NCBI GenBank assembly: GCA_050011875.1
Contig: JBEKIG010000001.1
Location: 1-64,000 of the forward strand
DNA length: 64,000 nt
Direction of reading: 5' to 3'
From: Nitrososphaeria archaeon
GTDB lineage: Archaea > Thermoproteota > Nitrososphaeria > JACIWG01
Under the pieces are notes generated by a model. The model did no database searches. It saw only the letters and a program-made list of their open reading frames with translations, and was not told where the DNA came from. Positions 10,801 through 20,854 of this stretch are shown piece after piece. Both the position numbers and the translations under genes were made by a program. How positions within the stretch are numbered: the stretch's first letter is position 1; each line of letters begins with the position of its first letter.

Positions 10801-11050
10801 AGCGTTAAGGGATATCGCAAGAAGGATACAGGCATATAGAAAAGAGATTGGCCTCAACCCAACACAAATAGTAAAGAACGTTCAGATATGGAGCGACGAT
10901 GAGGAACTCATAGAAACGATAAAAGAAAAAGAGGACGAACTTAAGTTCTTGGTCAGATCGGAAAAGGTTTCAGTCGAAGAAGATTTTGACCCAGATTGGA
11001 AAATGGAAGAAATAGATGACAGAAAAATAGGAATACACGTAGAGTACTAG
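7886..11050 (+). CDS. ileS: Isoleucine--tRNA ligase
   Basis: HIGH, GWDTQGLPVE, WTTMPFTL, WCISRER and KMSKS motifs. Confidence 0.97.
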   Translation: MLEASYQPKEMEEQIRIYWESHQIRKRVEKRDDQKKTVGYVEGPPTLNGEPHIGHIRGRFYKDLWFRYATLSGKNVIFRGGWDTQGLPVELQAAKELGIAGGKQEIINFGMEKLIMKAKEMIKKYYLSWITSDRLLGVMMDHDKDYWTYKDEFIEREWQILKAAWEEGLMGESYRVVGYCPSCQTALSHSEVSSQYEMLEDHSLYYKAKLEGYGKRFIVLWTTMPFTLITDEMVAVNPSAKYSIVEVNNEEWIIASSRLNNLMKELGIEVFHTEKEIDGGDLKGEKYYYPLSEEVPKQVEMEEKCNTHVIILDDSVDISTGTGLVHMSPSNGEVDFDIAKREGLPTFNPFDESANFTSEAGKYSGTFVRDADAIVIEDLRKKGLLVLDSKIVHEYPTCWRSHHRLVWLARREYFYWVDRIGESALEAAENVEYFFDAPKHRFLNIIKEMKPWCISRERVWGNPLPIWACSVCGEKNALFSRREIIENSLELPDGKNFELHRPWIDRIVIKCRKCGGKAFREPFVLDTWHNSGSSQYAAFTDQEYEKYVPVEFLTEGIDQTRGWAYSLLILSVIFNKAPKSAYKSFLFQGHILGPDETKMSKSLGNIIDGNRTLTENSVDAIRFYLAWKISPISTLVFNPNEISGRPFQVLNTLYHLHIYFQQNGTIDHFDDKKYGIDWALNKGKINFLDKWILSRTQRAVDKTLNAYSKAEYNEAARVIECFIIEELSQKYIPSIRKELWTDDPKSENRRMTVYAVLSYCLKTLDLLLHPISPFITEKLYIECFRDRRDSILMENFPTVRRELVKEEIEETFLLIDRMISETNALRMKAKLKRRWPVGKVVFVLEKEVKLSQEEEDMLKDAINAKQLEVLGNIEKAPIQENLKPNMQTLGRKLKKDLPKLLEYLDKEDTVKLSNRLKKEKEVVISLGRNEVKLEENDFQYVIEPKRGFEFKDAADIKIFMETERNGALIKEGALRDIARRIQAYRKEIGLNPTQIVKNVQIWSDDEELIETIKEKEDELKFLVRSEKVSVEEDFDPDWKMEEIDDRKIGIHVEY

Positions 11051-11055
11051 TAAAT

Positions 11056-11973
11056 CTAACCATACATTCCTTGGAATTCGGTGGAACCTTCTTCTGCGAT
11101 GGGAACTTTTGAAATCACATCAACTGTGTACTCAACATCTTTCTTGCTTAAGAACCAAGAAATTGAAGACATGAGCGAAGAAGGCAAATCCTTCTCATAA
11201 ATATTGCTCCCTCTTCTTAATTCACCAAATGCTTCATTAAAGTCGCTATCTAGTTGTTTCAGACTTTTCAAACAAACTCGGCGCCATCGAGCTAAGGAAA
11301 GAGTTGAAGGTCTGTCTATGATTCTCTTAAGCATTTTTCTCTCAGAATCGTTATCCAAATTTAATTTACTGGATTTCTTTCCTATTTTCTCGCAGTAAAC
11401 TAAATAGACTAAAGAAATTTTTCTCCTTATTTCACTTATTCTGTACAGAAGGCTTACGCCAAAGAAAGGTATTTCATCCTTTCTTGAAATCTCCAGATTT
11501 GTTTCAAAGCCTAAGACAAGAGGAATAAGGAGATTTTCGGGCAGGCTTGGGTTGAATGCTGGTTCGACGGAAAAGGAGTTGATTTCAGAATAAACTGATA
11601 GCATGGTGCTTAAAATATCCGAAATTCGGGAATTCGTGTATATCATCTCCTCTGAAGAATCATCTTTAAGCTTAGAAGCCAAATATGCAGCAGCAAAACA
11701 AGCCGATTCAATCGATGACACAAGTTTCCTTCTCATCTTAATTCTCCAAGCGGTATCCTGAAACCAATACCTCCTATATCGTCTTCGGATAGATATCTGC
11801 TCTGTTAAACTCCTATCTCTGTAGATCATATCCATTATTCTATCGGCTCTATTTTTTCTGACTTTCTCCAACAATAAAGAAGATTCTTGGAAAGAAATGA
11901 CTTTTTTATAGTATAGCAACTGTATGAGAGAAGAAACTACCAACTTCTTTTCGTGCTCGTTGTGAAGAGACAT
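11056..11973 (-). CDS. Hypothetical protein
   Basis: 305-aa ORF convergent on ileS; no recognised motif. Confidence 0.6.
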   Translation of the reverse strand: MSLHNEHEKKLVVSSLIQLLYYKKVISFQESSLLLEKVRKNRADRIMDMIYRDRSLTEQISIRRRYRRYWFQDTAWRIKMRRKLVSSIESACFAAAYLASKLKDDSSEEMIYTNSRISDILSTMLSVYSEINSFSVEPAFNPSLPENLLIPLVLGFETNLEISRKDEIPFFGVSLLYRISEIRRKISLVYLVYCEKIGKKSSKLNLDNDSERKMLKRIIDRPSTLSLARWRRVCLKSLKQLDSDFNEAFGELRRGSNIYEKDLPSSLMSSISWFLSKKDVEYTVDVISKVPIAEEGSTEFQGMYG

Positions 11974-12163
11974 TTTTACAGTAAAAGAAAACCCAGACAG
12001 TCATTTAAATTAATTAGTCAAAAAATATGCTTCAATTTAGGAAAAATTTAAACCTCAATACACGGTTCAGCAGCGAAATGCACCTTTTTGAAACTTTTTT
12101 AGAATAACTTATCAAAACCTTTGGAACATAAATAAAGTCTAAACAAAGAAATCGATAAGTGGG

Positions 12164-13195
12164 CTAGATTCGATCATTATGGGAACTAAAATCTGTAATG
12201 TTAGACTGGCTTCCGGTTAAAGCTCTAGCCTCGTATCCCATGCTTCTTAGGATGCTTGCAAACTCCGATGAGAAACCGTGAACCGTATACACTCTCTCCG
12301 GATCAACTTTCTTGACTATCTTAATTAGGTCATTAAAATCACAATGATCACTTAAGGGCAAATGATAGTCTTGTCCATATAGATTTCCAAATCGCCCGTC
12401 TACAGCCCATCCCGTAAATGAAAAAGTTACAGCACCATATTTCTTTTTAAGATATGAAATCATAACGTTATTCGAAGAGTTTGATGGTGCTATCATAACC
12501 CAAGGCCTCTTCCCCAAAAGACCCTCCTTCTTTGCTTCTTGATAACTGATAAAGGATTTCAGAGGGACACCTAAACTAGAACAAATACCGTTCATCTTTT
12601 TAATTGATTCAGAAACATATATGGGAGACCAAGAAGAGAATAAGTAAGATAAAACTTGTGCTTTTCCGAGAACATATCCACAGAGGATAACAGGCATTCC
12701 TTTTGAATACATCCCTGAAATCAACTTATTAGCTTCGTCAACTACCGTTGCTGGAGAAGGAAAAGAATATCTACTACTGCCATAGGTTGTTTCTATAACT
12801 AAGGTTTTAGCCTTCGGAATCTTTGGCGCATTTAGAAAAGCTCTTGGTCTAAGAGCAATATCGCCCGTATAAAATAAATCATCTGAAATTAATATCGACT
12901 TTGAACCTACGATATGACCGGAATCAAACAGTTCTATGCCTCCAAAATCTATTGGGTCAGGAAGATTGAAACCCCTTTCCCTTGCAATGGTAACTGTTTC
13001 TTTTGACGATATTAGATTGTTCTTGATATTGCTGCAAACGTGGTCGATGTGGGCATGTGAAATAAATACGTAGTCGGCATTGGCTGGAGAACGTGGGTCG
13101 AGAGCGAAAGTCTTCGTTCTATATTCGACAACGATTCCATGATTCATGCTTACGGTTGTGTTCCCCAACAAGATGCCACCATAGGTGTTGAGCAC
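12164..13195 (-). CDS. MBL-fold (beta-CASP) exonuclease
   Basis: SHAHIDH, SGHIVGS, YTGD, IETTYG, SDHCD and VHGF motifs. Confidence 0.9.
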   Translation of the reverse strand: MLNTYGGILLGNTTVSMNHGIVVEYRTKTFALDPRSPANADYVFISHAHIDHVCSNIKNNLISSKETVTIARERGFNLPDPIDFGGIELFDSGHIVGSKSILISDDLFYTGDIALRPRAFLNAPKIPKAKTLVIETTYGSSRYSFPSPATVVDEANKLISGMYSKGMPVILCGYVLGKAQVLSYLFSSWSPIYVSESIKKMNGICSSLGVPLKSFISYQEAKKEGLLGKRPWVMIAPSNSSNNVMISYLKKKYGAVTFSFTGWAVDGRFGNLYGQDYHLPLSDHCDFNDLIKIVKKVDPERVYTVHGFSSEFASILRSMGYEARALTGSQSNITDFSSHNDRI

Positions 13196-13515
13196 TAAAG
13201 CTGTTATTGTTGATGTAATTAAATCTAAGCTTTCCTTATTTGAAGTTAGTGCACAGATTTAACATTTTGGGAATAGGAAAATAGAATAAGGAAATCCTGA
13301 TCGATGCCACCCGTCTTTTCCGTTTTAACCCAGTCAATTGAGCGTTTGAATATCAAAGAGAATAGCATGTAAATATTAATTCTCGCAAGCAGAAAGAAAT
13401 AGGGGATAAAAAGTAAAAACATCATAATATAAACCAATTAGATTTAAAACTCGTCAAATTATGATTTATTTCTGTTATAGATAAAATATAAAATAGTAGT
13501 TCTCCACATCTTAAG

Positions 13516-14739
13516 ATGCAAATGCCAGTAAAAATAGGATTAATCGGAAAGACTAATACGGGGAAGACGACTTTCTTCAATTCAGCTACGCTTCAAAGTG
13601 CTGAAGTTTCGACATATCCCTTTACTACAAAGACACCCAATATGGGCATAGCTAATGCGGTAACCTTATGTGTTCATAAGGAATTAGGCGTAAAGGATGA
13701 TCCGAAGAATTCAAGATGCGAAAACGGATGGAGATTCATTCCCGTAGAACTTGTCGACTTACCAGGTCTAATTAAAGGTGCGTGGATGGGCAAGGGGTTA
13801 GGTAACCAGTTCCTCACTGTAGCTGCACAGGCAGATACATTAATTCACATAGTCGATGCTTCAGGTTCAGTCGACTCGGAAGGCAGAATTGCGGAGCCTG
13901 GAACAGGAGATCCTGTCGCAGACATAGGTGATATTGAAGAAGAAATAGTTATGTGGTACTTAAAACTTATTTTAGCTAATCAAGATCGGATAGAAAGAGA
14001 TCTAAAAAAGGAAATCGATTTACCGACTTCAATCCAAAGTTTCATGCAGGGGATTGGAGTTACAAAAGATCATGTGACACAGGCTCTTGAAAAAACAAAC
14101 CTTGCAAAGAAAGAATATCTTAATTGGGGGGAGGAAGAGCTTAAGGATTTTGCGTGGATGCTGCGTGACATTTCAAAGCCCACCATAATACTCGCTAACA
14201 AGATGGACCTTCAAAACGCGGAAGAAAATTTTGAACGGATACGGGAGGAGTATTCGGACATGATAGTTATTCCAGCAAGCGCGGAAGCAGAGCTGACTCT
14301 AAGAAAGGCAGAGCAGAAAGGCTATATAAAATATATTCCAGGAGAGGAAAGATTTATGATACTCAATTCAAGTGGCCTGACCGATCAACAGAAATGGGCA
14401 CTGAACTTCATCAGAAAGACCGTGTTAAGTCAATATCTTCACACAGGGGTCCAGTTCGCTCTCAATGTTACAGTCTTTAAGTTGCTTAAAATGAGTACAG
14501 TGTACCCTGTTTACGATCCGAAGACTCTAAAGGACAAAGATGGAAATGTGCTTCCGGATGTGCATCTGATGCCCTATGGTAGCACGATAGCTGACCTTGC
14601 GGGGGAAGTGCATACAGCTCTTGCGAGAGGACTACTTTATGGCATAGACTGCAGAGATGGAATCCGTTTACCTGCGTCATACAAACTTAAAGATCGGGAC
14701 GTCATATCTCTAGTGTCGGCGAGCTCTAAAAAGAAATAG
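13516..14739 (+). CDS. ychF: YchF/Obg-family translation-associated ATPase/GTPase with TGS domain
   Basis: GKTNTGKTT, YPFTT, DLPGL, GKGLGNQFL and NKMD motifs. Confidence 0.9.
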   Translation: MQMPVKIGLIGKTNTGKTTFFNSATLQSAEVSTYPFTTKTPNMGIANAVTLCVHKELGVKDDPKNSRCENGWRFIPVELVDLPGLIKGAWMGKGLGNQFLTVAAQADTLIHIVDASGSVDSEGRIAEPGTGDPVADIGDIEEEIVMWYLKLILANQDRIERDLKKEIDLPTSIQSFMQGIGVTKDHVTQALEKTNLAKKEYLNWGEEELKDFAWMLRDISKPTIILANKMDLQNAEENFERIREEYSDMIVIPASAEAELTLRKAEQKGYIKYIPGEERFMILNSSGLTDQQKWALNFIRKTVLSQYLHTGVQFALNVTVFKLLKMSTVYPVYDPKTLKDKDGNVLPDVHLMPYGSTIADLAGEVHTALARGLLYGIDCRDGIRLPASYKLKDRDVISLVSASSKKK

Positions 14740-14772
14740 GTTCACGATCGTAAACTTTACCTTTAAGGACAA

Positions 14773-16236
14773 TTAGCTTCTTACTGCTCTTCTCCATCTT
14801 ATTCCTTCCTTAGTGTCCTCCACAATTAAGCCGTACTTCTCTCTTAATTCGTTTCTGATTTCGTCCGAACGCTTGAAATCCTTTTTCTGTCTAGCCTTAT
14901 TTCTTTCTTCAATAAGATCCCTTACTTCTTTGGTAAGTTCATCGCCTTCTTCGAGGAAGTCTTTTAGTTTTAATCCGAAAACGTTATCGAACCAAAGAAT
15001 AAGCTCTATAGCTTTTTTAGCATCATCTTTTGATAGCTTCTTAGCTTCCAATATTTTATTAACTGTAGTAATAAACTTGAAGGTGACGGCAAGAGCTTTT
15101 GGAATATTAATATCATCATTTACGGCTTTTAAGAAATCTTTTTTCGCTTTAGACAGTGAGGAAGAAAGACTTTTATGACGGATGGGCGCTTCAGCTTCCT
15201 TTATTGTATTAAGAAAATTGGAAATTCTTTCAATGGAAGCTTTTGCCCCGCTTAATCCGGTAAAAGTTAAGTTTAATTGGTGCCTATAATGTGAAGACAA
15301 AAAGAGATATCTGACTTCACGCCAACTGTATCCCTTATCTAGGATGTCCTCAATTGTGTAATAGTTTTTGAGGGACTTGGACATCTTATTTCCTTCAACT
15401 AATAGGAACTGGCAGTGGAACCAATAGTTTACAAATTTTTTACCTGTTGAAGCTTCACTCTGAGTGATTTCATTTGTATGATGAATGTAGATGTGATCGA
15501 CACCACCGCAATGTATGTCAAATGTATCGCCTAAGTACTTCATACTCATAGCGCTACATTCTATATGCCATCCAGGAAAACCAACCCCCCAAGGGGAATT
15601 CCATTCCATCTGCCTTTTCTTATCTTTAGGTGAAAATTTCCAGAGAGCGAAGTCGGTGATGTTCTTTTTTCCTTGAACCAGTTCCACCCTAGCACCGGCT
15701 TTCAGGTACTTGTTCAACCTTCTGAAACTCATGCCCGTGAGCTTGCCGTATCCCTTAAACTTTGAAGTGTCAAAGTATATTCCATCTCCTTCAATTTTGT
15801 ATGTATACCCTTTTTCTTCAAGCCTTCTCACCAAGGCTATCATTTCATCGATGTTGTCGGTTGCTTTGACAATTCTGTTGGGCAAGAGTATGTTAAGTGC
15901 TTCCATTTCTCTGCAAAAAATTTTCGTGAAGAAGTCTGCGATCTCCCAAGCGTTCTTGTTACTCTCCCTAGCCATCTTCTCCACCTTATCTTCTCCCGTA
16001 TCAGCCTGACTCGTCAAGTGCCCAACGTCGGTGATGTTCATTACCTGGGTCACCCTGTATCCGTCGAGTTCAAGCACCCTCCTTAGAACATCTTCGTTAA
16101 CATAGGTTTTCATGTTACCAATGTGTGGATAATCGTACACGGTAAGACCGCAGCAGTACATTTTAACTTCATTATCATATATAGGCTTGAATATCTGTTT
16201 CCTTCTACCTAAAGTGTTGAAAAGCCTTAACACCAT
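14773..16236 (-). CDS. cysS: Cysteine--tRNA ligase
   Basis: [27 protein letters not shown] and KMSKS; start trimmed to MVLRLFNTL. Confidence 0.97.
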   Translation of the reverse strand: MVLRLFNTLGRRKQIFKPIYDNEVKMYCCGLTVYDYPHIGNMKTYVNEDVLRRVLELDGYRVTQVMNITDVGHLTSQADTGEDKVEKMARESNKNAWEIADFFTKIFCREMEALNILLPNRIVKATDNIDEMIALVRRLEEKGYTYKIEGDGIYFDTSKFKGYGKLTGMSFRRLNKYLKAGARVELVQGKKNITDFALWKFSPKDKKRQMEWNSPWGVGFPGWHIECSAMSMKYLGDTFDIHCGGVDHIYIHHTNEITQSEASTGKKFVNYWFHCQFLLVEGNKMSKSLKNYYTIEDILDKGYSWREVRYLFLSSHYRHQLNLTFTGLSGAKASIERISNFLNTIKEAEAPIRHKSLSSSLSKAKKDFLKAVNDDINIPKALAVTFKFITTVNKILEAKKLSKDDAKKAIELILWFDNVFGLKLKDFLEEGDELTKEVRDLIEERNKARQKKDFKRSDEIRNELREKYGLIVEDTKEGIRWRRAVRS

Positions 16237-16335
16237 TGCCTTTTCCTCGCATCTTTGATAAGACAAAAATTTAATATACGTTTTCTTTAAGAATGGCGCT
16301 ACGAAAACCATTGCTTAATTAGAGCAGTCCTATTT

Positions 16336-19300
16336 TCACAAAGACTGGTAATATTCTTGTAGAGATTTGACTTTGAGTTCCTTAACACTTGATATGCCCT
16401 TCAGCAGTTCTTCTAACACTTTTGGTACGGTCACAACTTGAATGCCCATTTCCACCGCTTTCCTCCTTATTACATATTCGTCTTCCATTACACTTTCATA
16501 TTCTTCGACATTCTTGGGTTCAGGAATATTGATTACTAGATCTATTTTTCTATTGACTAAGTAGCTTAATATATTTGGTTCCTTTTTATCACTAACCTTG
16601 TTTAGTACGTTCACTTTAAGCCCTTTATCCTTGAAATATGCTGCCGTTCCAGGTGTGCAATAAACATCACAGCCCAGCCAAAGCAGTCGCCTAATGAGGG
16701 GTTCTATCTCAGCTTTTTTCATATCGGTGCCAGCGCTCACGAAGATACTTCCCTTAGAGCTCAGAGTAGGTATCTTTAGTCCGACAGCAATGGATGCCTT
16801 AACAAGAGCCTCGTAGAAGGTGTCTCCTATACATGCTGCTTCCCCTGTCGATTTCATTTCTACACCAAGTATGGGGTCAGCACCGTCGATCTGCATAAAA
16901 GAAAACTGTGGCGCTTTGACACCTACGTATGGTACGCTCACATCGTCCATGTCTTCTATTCCCATGTTCAACAGCGCTTTTGCAGCGTAGTCCATTAGGT
17001 TTATTCCCTTGATTTTTGATACGAAGGGCATAGATCTGCTTGCCCTTAGGTTACATTCTATGACGCTAACATCATAGCCTTTAACCAGATATTGAACATT
17101 AAATGGACCAACGATCTTAAGCGCCCTAGCTATATTTCTACTGTAATCCTTGATCCTTTTTAAATGGAAGCTAGAAAGCCTCTGGGAAGGTATTACCATT
17201 GTTGCGTCCCCAGAATGTATTCCAGCTTGTTCCAAGTGTTCGATAACCGCACCAATGAGCACATTGTTGCCATCAGAAATCCCATCCACTTCAACTTCCA
17301 TTGCACCGCTGACAAATTTGCTCACGGTAACTGGGAATTCCCTCGTTACTTTCGCAGCTTTCTTGAGAAACTCCTCGAGTTGGTAGTGGTTCCAAGCCAC
17401 CTTCATGACTGCACCACCTAAAACATAAGATGGGCGAACGATAACAGGATATTCGATGTCTTCAGCAAATCTTTTTGCTTCCTGTATGGAACTAAACTTA
17501 GCCCATTTGGGTTGGTGAATATCCAAGCTATCAAGCATAGAGCTAAACTTAACTCTGTCTTCAGCTCTATCTACGTTTTCTCCTGTTGTACCTAAGATCT
17601 TGATATTCGCATCAGATAGTTTGGGAGCTAGATTGTTGGCAGTCTGTCCCCCTACGCATGTGACAACACCTATTGGATTCTCTTTTTCGTAGATGTCTGC
17701 AACTCTTTCAAATGATATCTCTTCAAAGTAAAGTTTATCGCTCATATCATAGTCTGTTGAGACAGTTTCCGGATTGCAGTTTACAACGATGGTTTCATTT
17801 ATCCCAAATTTTTTTAGAGACCAGACTAAATTCATGGTGCTCCAGTCAAATTCGACGGAACTTCCTATTCTATAGGTTCCAGCACCTAAAACTATCACCT
17901 TCTTCTTCTCATCTTTAAAGTCTATATCATCCTTATTGCCTCCATATGTTAGATAGAGGTAGTTTGTCTTAGCAGGCCACTCTGCCGCAAGAGTGTCTAC
18001 CTGCTTGACGACAGGTATAATACCAAATTCTTTTCTGAAAGACCTGACTTCCTTTTCACTTGTGTTAGTTGACTTGGCTATCTGATTATCAGAGAAACCC
18101 ATCTTCTTCGCTACTCTCACTAAATCTGCATTCCCTTCAAGCTTGCCTAAATTTTTAAACTTCTGCTCTATGTCGACTATGTTCTTTATTTTGTCAACAA
18201 ACCATCTGTCTATCCAAGTCAGCTTACATATCTTATCAACACTTATCCCAATCTTAAGTGCTTTGACGATGGTTAGAAGTATAGAGTCTGTTGGCATCGA
18301 CAAAGCATTTTCGATATCTTCAACCGATTCCCCTTCCAGTTCTGCATGGAGCCCGATGAGACCTATGTCTAGCATTCTCATCGCCTTCTGTAGCGCCTCT
18401 TCAAATGTCCTACCTATTGCCATCACTTCCCCGACAGACTTCATCTGGGTCCTTAATTTTCTATCCACATAGCCAAATTTCGATAGATCCCATCTGGGGA
18501 CTTTAATTACAACATAATCGAGTGCAGGTTCAAAGAAAGAGCTCGTAGCATTTGTCACCTTGTTCGTTATCTCTGGAAGAGAATAACCTATTGCAAGTTT
18601 TGCCGCTATATACGCGAGCGGATAGCCTGTTGCTTTAGAAGCAAGCGCTGAAGAACGCGAAAGCCTCGGATTAATCTCAATTATGTAAAACTTGTTAGAT
18701 TTCGGATCTAAAGCCAGCTGTACATTGCATTCTCCAACAATCTTGCTTGCTCTAGTTGCTTTTATACACGCTTCTCTTAAGAGATGGTACTCATCATTCG
18801 TTAAAGTTTGAGAGGGCGAAACTACGAAGTTATCACCTGTGTGCACCCTCATACCCAAGACATTTTCCATATTGCATACGGTTATTGCGTTATCGTCGTA
18901 ATCTCTTACAACTTCATATTCAACCTGTTTGTAGGGCCCAATATATTCTTCAATCAGAACTTGACCAATATAGCTGTTCGCTATACCCTTGCTCACAATT
19001 TCATCTAATTCCAGTTGATTATACGCTACGCCGCCACCACGTCCACCAAGATTGTATGCAACTCTTATGATCACTGGGTAACCGATTCTGTCAGCAATCT
19101 TTAAAGCGTCTTTGACGTTTGTAACCGCTTCACTTGCTAGAACAGGAAGATTGTTGTCTTCCATCGTCTTCCTAAATAATTGTCTGTCAGATGTTATGTT
19201 TATACTTTCTACACTCGTGCCGAAAACCCTTGTCTTATATTTCTCAAAAATGCCTCTTCTATACAGTTCGAAACCACAATTTAGAGCGGTTTGCCCACCA

Positions 19301-19569
19301 AATCCAAGAAGCACGCCATCAGGTCTCTCCTTTTCAATCACTTTTTCAACAAACTCTGGCGTAGTAGGAATAAGGTACACTCTGTCAGCCATTTTAGGAT
19401 CGGTCTGTATTGTAGCGATGTTAGAATTTACAAGAATTGTCTCAATCGACTCTTCCTTCAAGGCCTTCAAAGCCTGCGTTCCAGAATAATCAAATTCACC
19501 AGCCATAGAGATCTGGATTGGACCGGAACCTATGACCAGAACCTTCTTCACAAAATCGAATTTCGCCAT
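16336..19569 (-). CDS. carB: Carbamoyl-phosphate synthase large subunit
   Basis: GSGPIQI...EFDYSG, duplicated ATP-grasp domains, C-terminal MGS domain. Confidence 0.97.
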   Translation of the reverse strand: MAKFDFVKKVLVIGSGPIQISMAGEFDYSGTQALKALKEESIETILVNSNIATIQTDPKMADRVYLIPTTPEFVEKVIEKERPDGVLLGFGGQTALNCGFELYRRGIFEKYKTRVFGTSVESINITSDRQLFRKTMEDNNLPVLASEAVTNVKDALKIADRIGYPVIIRVAYNLGGRGGGVAYNQLELDEIVSKGIANSYIGQVLIEEYIGPYKQVEYEVVRDYDDNAITVCNMENVLGMRVHTGDNFVVSPSQTLTNDEYHLLREACIKATRASKIVGECNVQLALDPKSNKFYIIEINPRLSRSSALASKATGYPLAYIAAKLAIGYSLPEITNKVTNATSSFFEPALDYVVIKVPRWDLSKFGYVDRKLRTQMKSVGEVMAIGRTFEEALQKAMRMLDIGLIGLHAELEGESVEDIENALSMPTDSILLTIVKALKIGISVDKICKLTWIDRWFVDKIKNIVDIEQKFKNLGKLEGNADLVRVAKKMGFSDNQIAKSTNTSEKEVRSFRKEFGIIPVVKQVDTLAAEWPAKTNYLYLTYGGNKDDIDFKDEKKKVIVLGAGTYRIGSSVEFDWSTMNLVWSLKKFGINETIVVNCNPETVSTDYDMSDKLYFEEISFERVADIYEKENPIGVVTCVGGQTANNLAPKLSDANIKILGTTGENVDRAEDRVKFSSMLDSLDIHQPKWAKFSSIQEAKRFAEDIEYPVIVRPSYVLGGAVMKVAWNHYQLEEFLKKAAKVTREFPVTVSKFVSGAMEVEVDGISDGNNVLIGAVIEHLEQAGIHSGDATMVIPSQRLSSFHLKRIKDYSRNIARALKIVGPFNVQYLVKGYDVSVIECNLRASRSMPFVSKIKGINLMDYAAKALLNMGIEDMDDVSVPYVGVKAPQFSFMQIDGADPILGVEMKSTGEAACIGDTFYEALVKASIAVGLKIPTLSSKGSIFVSAGTDMKKAEIEPLIRRLLWLGCDVYCTPGTAAYFKDKGLKVNVLNKVSDKKEPNILSYLVNRKIDLVINIPEPKNVEEYESVMEDEYVIRRKAVEMGIQVVTVPKVLEELLKGISSVKELKVKSLQEYYQSL

Positions 19570-19570
19570 T

Positions 19571-20704
19571 CTACCCTGTCACCATCTTAGCGAAGATATC
19601 GAAGACGAATATCATATCATATGGGCCAGGGGAAGCTTCAGGATGGAACTGCGTTGAAATTATTGGTTTAGTTCTATGTTTGAGACCTTCGATTGTGCCA
19701 TCATCTATGTTTCTCAGCCAAGGTTCAAAGTTTGTGCCAATTAGGGAATCCTTTGCAACCGCATACCCATGGTTTTCGCTGACGATATAGCACTTTTTAC
19801 TGGAAATGTCCAAGGCTGATTTATTTTGACCCCTATGCCCGAACTTTAGTTTGTACGTGTCTGCACCCGCAGCCAACGATAAAATTTGAATTCCTAAACA
19901 AATGCCCAGGATAGGAACATTATATTTTTCAAGCAGTTCCCTCACCTCAGAAATTGAAGTGGCTAACATCTTAGGATCGCCGGGGCCATTGCACAAAACA
20001 ATTCCATCGGGATTGAAGCTCATCATTTCTTTAGCTGTACATGTATACGGTACTCTAACTACCTTAAAGCCTCTAAGGAGTAGATTTCTTAGTATATTAT
20101 ATTTTAGCCCATAATCGACTAGAACTACTGTTCTTTTTCCGGCTCCATAGATTTTCGGCGATTTTATACTAACTTCATCCACGAAGTTTATTTCGCCATA
20201 CTCTTTGCTTTTTTCGAGCATTTTGAAACCCCTTTCTGGACTTTCATCCAAGACGATTGCGCCCATCATTACACCCTTTACTCTGATCCGCTGAGTCAGG
20301 CTTCTTGTGTCTACATCGAATATCCCCGGTATCTTTTCTCTGAAAAGCCAATCATGGATGTTCTTAACCGAAGCCCAATGGGAAGGCTTTTCACAAAATT
20401 CATGAACTATTACACCTTGAACCTTTATCGAATCCGATTCAAAGAACTTAGGCAACCCAAATTCATCGACATTCTCATAGCTTGCAACACCATAGTTCCC
20501 TATTAGAGGATATGTGAACATTAATATTTGCCCTTTATATGAAGGATCAGTAAGAGATTTCGTGTAGCCAACCATACCTGTAGTAAAGACCACTTCTCCT
20601 ACAACGCTTTTATGATAACCGAATGACCTTCCTTCGTGTGTTGTGCCGTCATCGAGAACAATCCAAGCCTTTTTTCCTACGGTCGTGAACCCTCTCTCGG
20701 CTAT
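19571..20704 (-). CDS. carA: Carbamoyl-phosphate synthase small subunit; probable non-canonical (ATA) start
   Basis: TDPSY, NGPGDP, GICLG and QFHPE motifs. The conserved N-terminus KKAWIVLDDGTTHEGRSFG...GEVVF lies upstream of the track start (20593) with no in-frame ATG/GTG/TTG. The start coordinate is inferred. Confidence 0.9.
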   Translation of the reverse strand: MAERGFTTVGKKAWIVLDDGTTHEGRSFGYHKSVVGEVVFTTGMVGYTKSLTDPSYKGQILMFTYPLIGNYGVASYENVDEFGLPKFFESDSIKVQGVIVHEFCEKPSHWASVKNIHDWLFREKIPGIFDVDTRSLTQRIRVKGVMMGAIVLDESPERGFKMLEKSKEYGEINFVDEVSIKSPKIYGAGKRTVVLVDYGLKYNILRNLLLRGFKVVRVPYTCTAKEMMSFNPDGIVLCNGPGDPKMLATSISEVRELLEKYNVPILGICLGIQILSLAAGADTYKLKFGHRGQNKSALDISSKKCYIVSENHGYAVAKDSLIGTNFEPWLRNIDDGTIEGLKHRTKPIISTQFHPEASPGPYDMIFVFDIFAKMVTG

Positions 20705-20854
20705 ACTTTTACTGTTTTTAAATCTTTCTTAAATATATTATAATGTATTTAGGAAAAATGCTTTCCTAACGCGCACAACATTGTAAGACTGTCACCTATA
20801 AAGCAGCTGACTTGGGATAAGTTAAAATCCCATCGCTAAAGAGGATTAGCGGCG

